Assembly (NCBI GenBank): GCA_048940925.1
Contig: JBHLOC010000026.1
Span: 9,569 to 73,568 of the forward strand
Source: Promethearchaeota archaeon
GTDB taxonomy: Archaea; Asgardarchaeota; Lokiarchaeia; Sigyniarchaeales; SOKP01
Length of the DNA: 64,000 nt
Reading direction: 5' to 3'
Part shown: piece after piece, positions 48,942 through 59,116 of the stretch
How the letters are laid out: each line of letters opens with the position of its first letter
Numbering within the stretch: the first letter of the stretch is position 1
Notes under the pieces: generated by a model
Told to the model about the DNA's origin: nothing
Database searches by the model: none
What the model saw: only the letters and a program-made list of their open reading frames with translations
Program-made: the position numbers and the translations under genes

Positions 48942-50246
48942 TTAATGTGTAGCACATGATATGCAAGGATCAAATGCCCTAATAATAGTTTGAATTTGTT
49001 TTTTTACTAATGTTATGTCCCCTGTTTTTTCATATAATTTTTGAGCATATTTAGTAATCATTTCATTAATAAGTGGAATATTTATTTCAGTCGCAATAAA
49101 AAGTTTCAATTTAATTATTAAGCCGTTATTATCAACATAATAATGATGCATAAGAATTCCTCTTGGAGCTTCAACAAATCCGATACCCTCTGGATTTTTT
49201 ATAGAACTTAAGATAGGAAATTTCTGCTTTATAGATAATGAAGGATTATCTAAAATTTTTAATGCTTGTTCTGTTTCAACTAACATTTCTAATAACTTAA
49301 GAAACTCAGAGAATAGAATATTATTTATCCAAGATTTATCAAAATTCTCAAGATACGAGGAAACTTTATCATTTCCATATGTTTCAATGATTTTAAACCT
49401 TGCAAGTGGACCCGTTAATACATTTTTTTTTTTATTAAAATGAAAATCTATCCCCCGTAAATCAGTATCCTTATCAAAATAAAGAGAATAAGATTTTTCT
49501 TGGAATTCAATTGCTTTTCTTTCCGATTCCGTGATTTTAAAAATACCAGAATATCTATCATAAATTCCAAGATTATTTATTCCAATATAAATTGGATTTG
49601 GAAGTGAATATTCATCTGGTGGAATTGAATTAGAAAAATACTCAATAAAGGATTCAATAATCATTTCTAAATTAATTGAAGCTTTTTGCATATATTTTTG
49701 GGCTATAGTAATATTCTTTCGGGAAGGTGAATAAATCACCCCACCTGGAACCGGAGAAATCAAATGTGCAGATCTCCCACCAAATAAGAATTCAATCTCA
49801 TTTCCAAATTTAATTAATTCAAACAGGCTAGTTGTTAATTGTGGATTGAAATTAATTAAATCATATTGCGAAATAGGTTTTTGGTTAATATTAAAAATGG
49901 TTAGAAGATCTGGTAATGATTGAAAGAAAAAATGCATACAATGCGATTTAATTAACTCTCCACATAACAATAGACGTCTTAAAAGAATTGATTGATCACT
50001 AATTTCTACATCGTATAAATTTTCAATTGCTTTACAACTGGTGATCGCTTGTGACGCATAACATAAACCACATATTCGAGATATTAATTTTGGCATATCA
50101 AGTAATCTTTTACCTATTAAAAATTTTTCAAATCCGCGATATGCTGAAATCTCGAAATCAACATTTGAAACATTGTCATCTTGAAATAATATATTTATAT
50201 TTCCATGCCCCTCAACACGGGTACAAACTTCCACTGTTTTCAGCAT
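48942..50246 (-). CDS. mvhA: group 3 [NiFe]-hydrogenase large subunit with no C-terminal extension
   Basis: TRVEGHG, SRICGLC, EAPRG-x-L-x-H, RAFDPCISCATH-stop. Confidence 0.93.
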   Translation of the reverse strand: MLKTVEVCTRVEGHGNINILFQDDNVSNVDFEISAYRGFEKFLIGKRLLDMPKLISRICGLCYASQAITSCKAIENLYDVEISDQSILLRRLLLCGELIKSHCMHFFFQSLPDLLTIFNINQKPISQYDLINFNPQLTTSLFELIKFGNEIEFLFGGRSAHLISPVPGGVIYSPSRKNITIAQKYMQKASINLEMIIESFIEYFSNSIPPDEYSLPNPIYIGINNLGIYDRYSGIFKITESERKAIEFQEKSYSLYFDKDTDLRGIDFHFNKKKNVLTGPLARFKIIETYGNDKVSSYLENFDKSWINNILFSEFLKLLEMLVETEQALKILDNPSLSIKQKFPILSSIKNPEGIGFVEAPRGILMHHYYVDNNGLIIKLKLFIATEINIPLINEMITKYAQKLYEKTGDITLVKKQIQTIIRAFDPCISCATH

Positions 50247-50253
50247 AATAATA

Positions 50254-51012
50254 TCACCATTTTATTTTTGGTCTTGAAAAACGATAAAATAAATCGTTGT
50301 AATTTTTCAAATCTTCAGAAAAATGAATTAAACTTAAAAGATTGATAATATTTGACGTAAAATCTTTTGAAACAGGTCCCATACAACCTTCACACGGAAT
50401 TCCATATTCTATACATTTATATTCACATCCTTCACGAGTTATGGGGCCTAAACATAAAATTCCTCTTTTTAAAAAGCATTCTGTTTCTTTATCATCAAGA
50501 TTAATTTCGTTCAAATTAGGGTTAATTTTATTTATTTCATTAAAAAAATTAATCTTAACTTCCTCTCTTAATGGACAACCAGCACACATATTTTTTTCAG
50601 ACAACTTAGCATCCTTGTTTTCTATTAATCTAATTAAAAAATTTCCAAATAGCTTTATTGGTGGAGGACAGCCAGGTATTATTCCCTCAATCTCAATATA
50701 ACTAGAGATTGGTTCCGCGATAATTGACCTTGAAAGACTTAGGATCCCTCCGAATGCTGCACAAGAACCTAATGCATAGACCTTTTTAGCACTTTTTCGG
50801 ATTTTTTTTAGAAGTGGAATTTCTTTTTCATTAGAAAGACAACCTTCTATCAGTGCAATATCACAATCTTCGATTTTCTCAGCATCGGAAATAAATGGGA
50901 AATAAATAATCCTTGTTCTTTCAAGGAATTGAGGAAAAATGTCTAATGAAATTAAAGTTGAGATGCAGCCACTGCATGATGTGAGAGAGGCGATAATAAT
51001 TTTAGGCTTCAA
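50254..51012 (-). CDS. mvhG: [NiFe]-hydrogenase small subunit (MvhG-like)
   Basis: TTG after GAGGAG; SCSGC, EG, GSCA-x2-GG, PGCPP, CAGC, CLGP-x-T-x2-GC-x3-C, CEGC. Confidence 0.9.
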   Translation of the reverse strand: MKPKIIIASLTSCSGCISTLISLDIFPQFLERTRIIYFPFISDAEKIEDCDIALIEGCLSNEKEIPLLKKIRKSAKKVYALGSCAAFGGILSLSRSIIAEPISSYIEIEGIIPGCPPPIKLFGNFLIRLIENKDAKLSEKNMCAGCPLREEVKINFFNEINKINPNLNEINLDDKETECFLKRGILCLGPITREGCEYKCIEYGIPCEGCMGPVSKDFTSNIINLLSLIHFSEDLKNYNDLFYRFSRPKIKW

Positions 51013-53551
51013 ATTTAGTCTCCTCTGATAATTGTAAATAAAAATTGTTAACGACTTCAGCAAACTTATTACCCTCAACAGCATTCATATGTTCAAGGAT
51101 AATACGTTTGCTTAAATTCTCTCCTGATATACTTTTTAATATTTTAATTTTATTTTCAATTTTTTCTATTCCATCAATATATCTACAAGCGTCTTTTCTG
51201 CAACCAATTATCATTACTCCATCAAATCCCATTTCGAATGATTTAATAATGAAATTAGTATCAATCCTTCCTGTACAAGGAACTCGAATGATAAATATAT
51301 TAGGATAATATGAAATTTTTTTTAAGCCAGCATTATCAGCAGCAGCATAACCACAAGAGCGACAAGAAAAAGCAATTATTTTTGGACTTCTAGTAAATTG
51401 TGAAAAAACTTCAATTGTTTTAAGTATTTTTTCTGATGTATCTAAATTGAGATCTAATGCATTTGTTGGACAGATACTTACACATGTTCCACATCCTTTG
51501 CATTTAAATTTATCAATACTTACTTTATCAGATTCTAGTGTAATAGCATTATAAGGGCAGATTTGTGAGCATAATCCACATAAACCACATTTACTTTCAT
51601 CAAGTTCTATTCCAGAGAATTCTGCAATTAAATGATCTTTGAAGAGTAATGAGATTACTTTTAATGCAACATTATTAACAGTGGAAATAGTAGAATTGTA
51701 ATTTAATGGACCAAATATTGTTCCTACACCATAAATTCCAGATGCTAATGTTTCTTCACTCATAAATCCATTATCATCTAAAGTAAAATCCATAACTTTT
51801 CTAAATCTTTTTAAATCTTTATTTGGGATAAACTTTAGATTTAAAACGATTAGATCGCTAGGGAATTCGATATTATCAGCTATAACGTAATTTATATCTT
51901 TATTAGATTCAATAATAATTTTATCTGCATATATAAATGCAGGGTTAGTTGTTCTCAATAAAACTTTCTCTCTCTCTTTTAATTTACTTAAATCGTAAAA
52001 AATATTAACTTCACAATTAGGGTTTTTTATTTTAATATCCTCAATATACTTTTCTGCTAAATTTTCAGAATATTCAGCAAGATATTTTGAAGGTCCAATC
52101 TCTTGGATAATAGAAATCGAATTTATGGGTTTTTTATCAGATAATCTAAGAAGTTTCCCTTCAGTAATGCCATCAGAAGCTAATATCCGCTCAAATTCAG
52201 GAGAAGTTATAATATTTTTGTGTGGATCATAATGATAAACCTCTAAATTGCTATAAAAGTCAGAACCAATAGCAATAACTTTCACACCAACTTTTATTTT
52301 GAGTTTTTCGTTTTTTTGAGTTAAATCTATTGCCTTATTAACACATGCTCGTTCACAAATTCTACAATTAAGACAATTTTTTATATCTTCTTCATCAATT
52401 ATTGGGACATATGGATAAGAATGAATAAAGGGGATGTATATGACTTTCCGATTAGTTAAACCAAATTCATATTGATCTGGCTTTTCTATGCTACATACTT
52501 CAATACATTGTTTACATCCAGTACATTTTTTCACATCTATATAACGGGGTTTTTTAATTAAATCAAGCGTGAAATCCCCCACTTCTCCTGATACATTTTC
52601 GATCTCAGTATTTGTAAAAACTTCTATATTTTTTTCATTTACTAATTCACTTATTAATTCAGAAATGAAACATATCGAACAATCGCCCATATTATGAATT
52701 CGGTGCCACCTGGCAACTTTTCCTCCTAATGTTGCCGATTTTTCGATAAGATATACTTTAATTCCAGCTTTAGCTAAATTTAAAGCAAGTGAAATCCCTG
52801 CAATCCCACCTCCTAAGATGGCACAGCTCTTTTCTATTTCGACTCTCTTAATTTTTACTTTTTTTTGTAGGTTAACTCGCTCAACAGCAGCTTCAATTAA
52901 TAGTTTAGCTTTTTCTAAAGAAATTGAGGGCTCTATATCTTTTTCCTTAAATTCATGTACCCAACAACATTGTTCTCTAATATTTGCTATTTCTATATTT
53001 GGTCTATCAATAACTTCATCAAATATTCGTTCAAACAGAAGTTGATGTGTTCTCGGAGAACACGCTGCTATCACAATTTTATTTAAAAAATTATCTTTGA
53101 CCCAATTGGTAATTTTAGGAAAATTTTTTTGTTGACATAAATTATCGAAAACTCTAACTGAAACAACATTTTTTAATTTATTTACATAATTTTCGAGAGA
53201 TATAATATTAATCACTCTTGAAATTTCTGTATTACAATTGCAGATTATAACTCCAATTCTGCTTATTTCGCTCCCTTTTGAATCTAAATACTCATCAATA
53301 TATTCTCCAGAAAGGATTCTCTTATTAAGATTAAGAATTTTTAGTATACGTTTTCCATCCTCCGTAAGAAAATATGATTTTTTGTCTTTATCAATAAGTG
53401 AACTAAGTTTTTTAAGATGAAAATTCAATTGACCCGTTGTTTCCAAACCTAATTTTTCCATTAGCTCTGTATACGGGATATAGCCTGCTTTTTCTAATAG
53501 TAGTAAAATTTTCCTTCTAAAAGGATGTGATAATACAGAATATATATCCAT
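51002..53551 (-). CDS. winged-helix (ArsR-like)-HdrA-MvhD fusion protein
   Basis: LSHP-x-RRKIL...G-x-LNFHLKKL...Y-x-LT-x2-G wHTH; HdrA N-domain (ICNC, ACSP, REQC), GGGIAG, DCSIC, ferredoxins; MvhD (C-x2-CGY, PCTGR, GC-x4-C). Confidence 0.9.
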   Translation of the reverse strand: MDIYSVLSHPFRRKILLLLEKAGYIPYTELMEKLGLETTGQLNFHLKKLSSLIDKDKKSYFLTEDGKRILKILNLNKRILSGEYIDEYLDSKGSEISRIGVIICNCNTEISRVINIISLENYVNKLKNVVSVRVFDNLCQQKNFPKITNWVKDNFLNKIVIAACSPRTHQLLFERIFDEVIDRPNIEIANIREQCCWVHEFKEKDIEPSISLEKAKLLIEAAVERVNLQKKVKIKRVEIEKSCAILGGGIAGISLALNLAKAGIKVYLIEKSATLGGKVARWHRIHNMGDCSICFISELISELVNEKNIEVFTNTEIENVSGEVGDFTLDLIKKPRYIDVKKCTGCKQCIEVCSIEKPDQYEFGLTNRKVIYIPFIHSYPYVPIIDEEDIKNCLNCRICERACVNKAIDLTQKNEKLKIKVGVKVIAIGSDFYSNLEVYHYDPHKNIITSPEFERILASDGITEGKLLRLSDKKPINSISIIQEIGPSKYLAEYSENLAEKYIEDIKIKNPNCEVNIFYDLSKLKEREKVLLRTTNPAFIYADKIIIESNKDINYVIADNIEFPSDLIVLNLKFIPNKDLKRFRKVMDFTLDDNGFMSEETLASGIYGVGTIFGPLNYNSTISTVNNVALKVISLLFKDHLIAEFSGIELDESKCGLCGLCSQICPYNAITLESDKVSIDKFKCKGCGTCVSICPTNALDLNLDTSEKILKTIEVFSQFTRSPKIIAFSCRSCGYAAADNAGLKKISYYPNIFIIRVPCTGRIDTNFIIKSFEMGFDGVMIIGCRKDACRYIDGIEKIENKIKILKSISGENLSKRIILEHMNAVEGNKFAEVVNNFYLQLSEETKFEA

Positions 53552-53659
53552 TACTGAAATCCCTTCTTTTTTATTTTATTTCGAGTAAATAATTCTAAAT
53601 TTATTAAAATTAAAATAGTAAGTTAAGCATTCAATATTGGAATTTCTATGTTACTTCTC

Positions 53660-54808
53660 TTAAATTGCTGAAACTTTTGATGAAGATTTCCATTGTATTA
53701 TTTTATTTTTCATGATTTTATCTGTTCGCTCAATTTTAGATCGTGAGAACTGGGTGATTTTTTCTTTTATTTCGTTTATATTGTTATCATCCAAATTTAG
53801 ACATTCAATTACCCCTGAATTTATCATCTTTCTGATTAGATTTATTCCTTTTCTAGTACGAGTAATCACAGTTGTATATTTATCTAATGATCCTAATCCT
53901 CCAAAAGATATATCAGCATAAATATTAGAGAAATCTCTGCAAGCTCCGCAAGCTGATCGCATGTAATTAGTTAACCTCTCAAAGGGAATATGCACCATTT
54001 TTTGAGTAGTTCCAGTATTTTTTAACTTAATAATTAGATTTTCCTTAATGTTTATTTTTTCAATGTCTTTGAATTTAATATTAAACTGGTTCTCGAATTG
54101 TGTAACTTTAGGTCTATCAAAAAAGAAGTTCTCATAGCAAAATAACCCCAAACTAATATCAATATTTTCTGATGGAATTATTCTTAGATTCTGCATGCAC
54201 CTGATGGTGTAAATCTGGCATGGTGTTCCAACTAATGCTAGTTTCTTAAACCTATAACTCCTTAACTTAGGTAATGAGCTTGTATATGTGTGAAATTTTT
54301 GTAAAGTATCTAAATTTGAAGATAAATCTAATTTAATGCCTGAAGAATTTATTAAGTCCTCTCTACTTTTAGCAATTATAGCTTCTCTCGAAAAGGGAGC
54401 CTGTGTTTTTGACACAATTGCCCCATCAATTACTTTCTTTTCTATCAAATAACTAATAATTGAGTTTACAACGCCCCCATCTGTTCCATATTTTAAAAAT
54501 TCTTTATCTGTAGATCGACAGGAATAAATCTTTTCAATAAACCCTATAGGCGTGGATGAAAAGTCTGAAAATTTATAAGTTTCATTGAGCTCTTCATCTA
54601 GAATATGAGTTTGTGGACATATCAAATAACAAATTCCACACTCAAGGCATTTCTCCCTATTTAAATATTCTGGAGGGGAATTGGGCCTCTTAAATCCAAT
54701 CACATCATTTTCTATTGAATTGCAAAAGCTTACGCATCCTCCACACTGCTGACAAATTCCAAGTTCATGAATTTCTTCAATTAAATCCTTAAATATTTTT
54801 ATTCTCAT
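53660..54808 (-). CDS. FrhB/FdhB-family (F420-binding) protein with N-terminal ferredoxin
   Basis: CQQCGGC, CLECGIC, DGGVV, VGTPCQ, GLFCYENF, C-x2-C-x-DF...ADIS-x-G, RT-x2-G. Confidence 0.9.
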   Translation of the reverse strand: MRIKIFKDLIEEIHELGICQQCGGCVSFCNSIENDVIGFKRPNSPPEYLNREKCLECGICYLICPQTHILDEELNETYKFSDFSSTPIGFIEKIYSCRSTDKEFLKYGTDGGVVNSIISYLIEKKVIDGAIVSKTQAPFSREAIIAKSREDLINSSGIKLDLSSNLDTLQKFHTYTSSLPKLRSYRFKKLALVGTPCQIYTIRCMQNLRIIPSENIDISLGLFCYENFFFDRPKVTQFENQFNIKFKDIEKINIKENLIIKLKNTGTTQKMVHIPFERLTNYMRSACGACRDFSNIYADISFGGLGSLDKYTTVITRTRKGINLIRKMINSGVIECLNLDDNNINEIKEKITQFSRSKIERTDKIMKNKIIQWKSSSKVSAI

Positions 54809-55243
54809 TTTTAAAAATCACCAATTTTAATTTATCAAATCAAAAATCTAACTGATTGTTTTAATAACATTTATGATCTCTATGATAATTATTATTGTCA
54901 AACTATATAAATATGACTATTCTTATATATTATGTGATCATAAATAGTAATATATAAGGATGAAATTACATCTCTTTATAACCTAAATAATAATTATATC
55001 TTAAAAAAAGATCAAACAAAGAACAGATATGGTTATTGAATTAAAAAATGACAAAATAATTTGTCAAAATAATCACAATTTTTCTTATCAGATTTTTTAA
55101 ATTTTTCATAACTCATCACTTAATCGCAGTATAATATTAAAAAACAATTATAATTACTTTTTTGTAAATTATGTACTTTTTTAAATTAAAAATTTGGAAT
55201 TTTATCATAAAAAATGTGGTGATTTTTTTAAAAGGTGGATTAA

Positions 55244-57280
55244 ATGTCTGAAATAGAGACCATTGTAAGAATTGGAGTATATATCTGTAGATGAGGAGTC
55301 AATATCAGTGGTAGTATCGATTGCGATCTGGTTGGAGACTATGTTAAGGCTCTACCAAATATTATTGTTGTGAGAGTAAACGATTTTACTTGTAGTGATC
55401 CAGGACAAAAAATTATTAAAAATGATATTTTAGATTTAGACTTAAATCGGGTTGTTGTTGCCGCTTGTACACCCAAAATTCATGAATCCACCTATCGAGC
55501 AGTTTTAGTTGAAGCTGGATTAAACCCATATTACTTTCAAATGGTTAATCTCCGTGAGCATTGTTCTTTTATTCATTCAAATGATAAAAGAAGTGCTACT
55601 GAAAAAGCTATAAGATTAGTGCAAGCTGGAATAAATCGTGCGCGAAACCTAGAAATTATACCTTATAAAAAAATTTCAATGACAAAAGCAGTATTAGTTA
55701 TTGGAGCTGGAATTGCGGGGATGAATGCTGCATTAGATCTAGCAAATCAAGGGATTCCTATTTTTTTAGTTGAGAAAGAAGCAACTATTGGAGGAAAAAT
55801 GGCACAATTAGATAGAATCTATCCAACTGATGATTGTGCTATTTGAATTCTAGCTCCTATAATGGTTGAAGTATCAAAACATCCAAATATAACTTTGTTT
55901 ACCTATAGTGATGTTGTTGAGTTTAAAGGAATTCCAGGAAATTATAATGTGAAAATTCGTAAAAATCCTCGCTATGTTAATGAATCTAAGTGCACAGGTT
56001 GCGGATTATGCACTGTTAAATGTCCTATAAAGGTACCGAGTGAATTTAATAGAGGTATAGGTGAAAGAGGAGCAATATTTATACCCTTTCCTCAAGCAGT
56101 TCCAAAACTAGCTCTAATTGATAAAAAAGTGTGTATTAACTGTAAAAATTGTGAAAGAATTTGTCCTGCTGAAGCCATTGATTTTAATCAATCAACAGAA
56201 CTTTTTGATTTAAATGTGGGAGCTGTAATTATCGCTACTGGATGGGATGAATATCCAATCATGAAGAAAAATGAATACAAATATGGGATTTATCCAAATG
56301 TAATTACTCAAATCGAATTAGAACGTATGTTGAGTCCTATTGGTCCGACAGAGGGTCATGTATATAGGATCTCTGATGCAAAAATCCCCAAAACAGTAGC
56401 GATGATTCAATGTGTTGGGTCAAGATCCTTAAAAGGAAATCCCTATTGTTCTGGTGTGTGTTGAAATGTTGCTCTTAAAAATGCGCAATTATTAAAACAA
56501 GAATATCCTAAGATGGATATTGCTATATTTTATATAGACATGCGAACATGGGATAAAAGAAATGAAGAATATTATAGAAAAGCGAGAGAAGCGGGAGTAA
56601 TGATGATCCGAGGTAAAGTTGGAGATATAAGAGAGGATCCAAATACAAAGAACCTAAAAATTCGAGCTTCTTCCACCCTAACAAATGATATTATTACAAT
56701 GAATGCAAATTTAGTAGTATTATCAACAGGAATGGTTCCTTCTAAAAATACAGCAAAGATAATTGAGATATTAGGTTTAGAGAAAGATATCAATGGGTTT
56801 TTAACCGAGGTTCATGGATGCTTAAAGCCTCAAGAAACAACTAATATAGGTATTTTTATATGTGGATGTGCTACTGGTCCCAAAAATATCCCTTATTCAG
56901 TATCAACTGCATTAGCTGCAGCAAGTAAAGTATCTACGCTGCTTTCTAAAGATATAATAACTCAAGAATTAATCATTGCTGAAGTAAATGGCTATCTATG
57001 TGTAGGTTGCCATAGATGTGAAAAAGTCTGCAATTATAAAGCCATAAAAGTTAATGGAGAAAATATAGCTGAAGTAAACGACTTACAATGTAAAGGTTGC
57101 GGAGTTTGTGTATCATCATGCCCTGCCCGTGCAATTGATCTTAAATATTATCGAGATAATCAAATAATTGAAGAGGTAAAAGGAATTTGTAGTACTGAAA
57201 TTGAATATAAAGAGGAATATATTGAATCTATTGAACTAATTTGGAAAAAAATTAAAGCATTAGCTCCTTATCAAACATAA
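55244..57280 (+). CDS. hdrA: heterodisulfide reductase subunit A, selenoprotein (678 aa; UGA=Sec at codons 17, 201, 407)
   Basis: three track ORFs plus an upstream piece lie in one frame separated only by TGA at 55292, 55844 and 56462, in contexts ICR-U-G, DCAI-U-ILAP, CSGVC-U; the paralog at 59117 has Cys at all three; RBS AGGTGGA. Confidence 0.93.
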
Positions 57281-57351
57281 TCTGAAAAAGAATGATCCTC
57301 TTAATAAAATGTTAGTTGAGAGGAAACTTACCCACTGCAAGGGTTTTCAGG
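57281..57351 (+). promoter_or_regulatory. candidate 3'-UTR SECIS element
   Basis: ATGA (57292) + 9-bp stem TCCTCTTAA/TTGAGAGGA with an AAAA-containing apical loop; lower pairings AAG/CTT and TCTGAAAA/TTTTCAGG. Confidence 0.7.
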
Positions 57352-57501
57352 AAAAAAACAAAATTATAGTTGATATGAATTTATATCATCCGTTTAAATT
57401 AACTTAATTTATTCGAATTGATATCTATCTTTTTCTATTTGAATTTTTTTTAAGTAAACAATATATAAAATAGATTATTTAAAAAATGGTAATTAGTTTT
57501 T

Positions 57502-58617
57502 TTATTTCTTATTTTTTAAAGAAATTAATTTAGTATACCAATCTATTTTCTTATTCTTCCACTCACTAGTCTTATTAAATGGGACTATAAATTGCTCAAT
57601 TATACCTTTTGAAAGCATATTATTTATTAGTTTTTCACCAATGTCCGTTCTAATTAATATCATCGAATATCCTTCTGGTGCTCCAGATGCTCCAACACTA
57701 ATATCTGTAAATCTTCCAGTAAACTCATCACATTCATGGCAATTATTTCTAACTGCGGGATCTAGCGTTTTGATATTGATTTCAAATTCTTTATTATCTC
57801 TTGTTTGGATAAAGAAGTTCTTTTTTATCCATGTTTTCTTGATTTTAGTAGGATCTACATTAGTTTCCCTCTTTAAAATGTCATACAATTGAGTATAAAT
57901 AAAATTCTCAAAACAGAAAAGACCTATTTTGTATTTAATGACATGAGCAGGTTTAATATTCAAAAATTTCATTTTGCTAACAGCCCTACATTGGCAAGGA
58001 GTTCCAACAAATGCCATTCTTAGCTGGTCAATATTAAATATCTTCTTTTTCGTAAGAATCTCTTGCGAAATGTTATACAAGTTTTTTAAAGGGAATATTT
58101 GAGGAGAAATAGAATAACGAGTACCTGCTGATTTAAATAAATCTTCTTTATCAAATATAATTTTTGGAACAGGTTCAAAATTATGGTCAAATTCTGACAC
58201 AATAGCTGCATCAATTTTATGCTTTTCAAATAAATATGTTAGAATTGCTGAAACTACTCCTCCATCTTGTCCAACTTTTTCTAATGCTGAATTTGTTGTT
58301 TTAGCTGCAAGAATATTAACGATGTGTCCAATATGATCTTTAATATAATAGACATCATTTAATTCTGGTAATAATACTTTAGTTTGAGGACAAATGAAAT
58401 AGCAAACACCACATTTTGTGCAATTATTAACACTTTTTTCTGATTTAAAGCCGGGAATATATCCATTCATTTCAATAACATTAAAACCTTGATTTTCACA
58501 ATATGCTACACATGCTCCACACGCACAACATTTATCATTTTTAATTACTTCATTTTCAAGGTCTTCAAATGTTTTTACTTCATTGTTAAAAAAATTCTGA
58601 GTTTCTGATTCAGTCAT
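57502..58617 (-). CDS. FrhB/FdhB-family protein with N-terminal ferredoxin
   Basis: CCACGAC, CTKCGVC, QDGGVV, AGTRY, VGTPCQ, GLFCFENF, CHEC, DISVG. Confidence 0.9.
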   Translation of the reverse strand: MTESETQNFFNNEVKTFEDLENEVIKNDKCCACGACVAYCENQGFNVIEMNGYIPGFKSEKSVNNCTKCGVCYFICPQTKVLLPELNDVYYIKDHIGHIVNILAAKTTNSALEKVGQDGGVVSAILTYLFEKHKIDAAIVSEFDHNFEPVPKIIFDKEDLFKSAGTRYSISPQIFPLKNLYNISQEILTKKKIFNIDQLRMAFVGTPCQCRAVSKMKFLNIKPAHVIKYKIGLFCFENFIYTQLYDILKRETNVDPTKIKKTWIKKNFFIQTRDNKEFEINIKTLDPAVRNNCHECDEFTGRFTDISVGASGAPEGYSMILIRTDIGEKLINNMLSKGIIEQFIVPFNKTSEWKNKKIDWYTKLISLKNKK

Positions 58618-58635
58618 TATAATTTTCTCTTTTTT

Positions 58636-59115
58636 TTAATTGGATTCCAATTCAATTAATCCTACTTTTTTAGGTATTTTAAATTCTCCTAATTCTAAAA
58701 TTGTCTTTGTAAAATCTTTAATTAACTCTGAAAATTGTTTTCCCTCACTTGCTGAAATTGAGTGTAATTGAAATCTATTCTCATTAATTCCAATATATTT
58801 TATCAATTTCTTTAAATGATGCATTCTGACTTCGGTATATTCGAATCCTTTCATATAATGACAATCTCCTTTATGGCACCCTATAATTAATACTCCATCT
58901 ATTCCATTGTTAAAAGCCCTTAGAACAAATGCTGGTTCAACGCGGCTAGAGCACATTACCCTAATAATTCTGATATTCGGGGGATATTGGAACCTAGAAA
59001 CTCCTGCTAAATCTGCACCTGCATAACTACACCAATTACAACAAAAAACTAAAATATTTGGATCAAATTCATCATTTCCTTTTCTTTTAATTTTTAACAG
59101 TGAATATCCCCCCAA
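58636..59115 (-). CDS. mvhD: hydrogenase iron-sulfur subunit MvhD (all-Cys form)
   Basis: FCCNWCSYAGAD, RVMCSSRV, GCH-x-GDCHY, ISASEG; start possibly CTG 59100. Confidence 0.95.
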   Translation of the reverse strand: MGGYSLLKIKRKGNDEFDPNILVFCCNWCSYAGADLAGVSRFQYPPNIRIIRVMCSSRVEPAFVLRAFNNGIDGVLIIGCHKGDCHYMKGFEYTEVRMHHLKKLIKYIGINENRFQLHSISASEGKQFSELIKDFTKTILELGEFKIPKKVGLIELESN

Positions 59116-59116
59116 A

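Noticed and set aside
55292-56500. Bacterial-type SECIS hairpins immediately 3' of each UGA
   Set aside because: Only weak, mutually dissimilar pairings could be drawn by eye
55370-57280. Three separate hdrA fragments, or an hdrA pseudogene
   Set aside because: All pieces are in one frame, every interruption is TGA at a conserved Cys, and a SECIS-like hairpin follows
58636-59115. MvhD (or MvhA) as additional selenoproteins
   Set aside because: All ligand positions are Cys codons with no in-frame TGA
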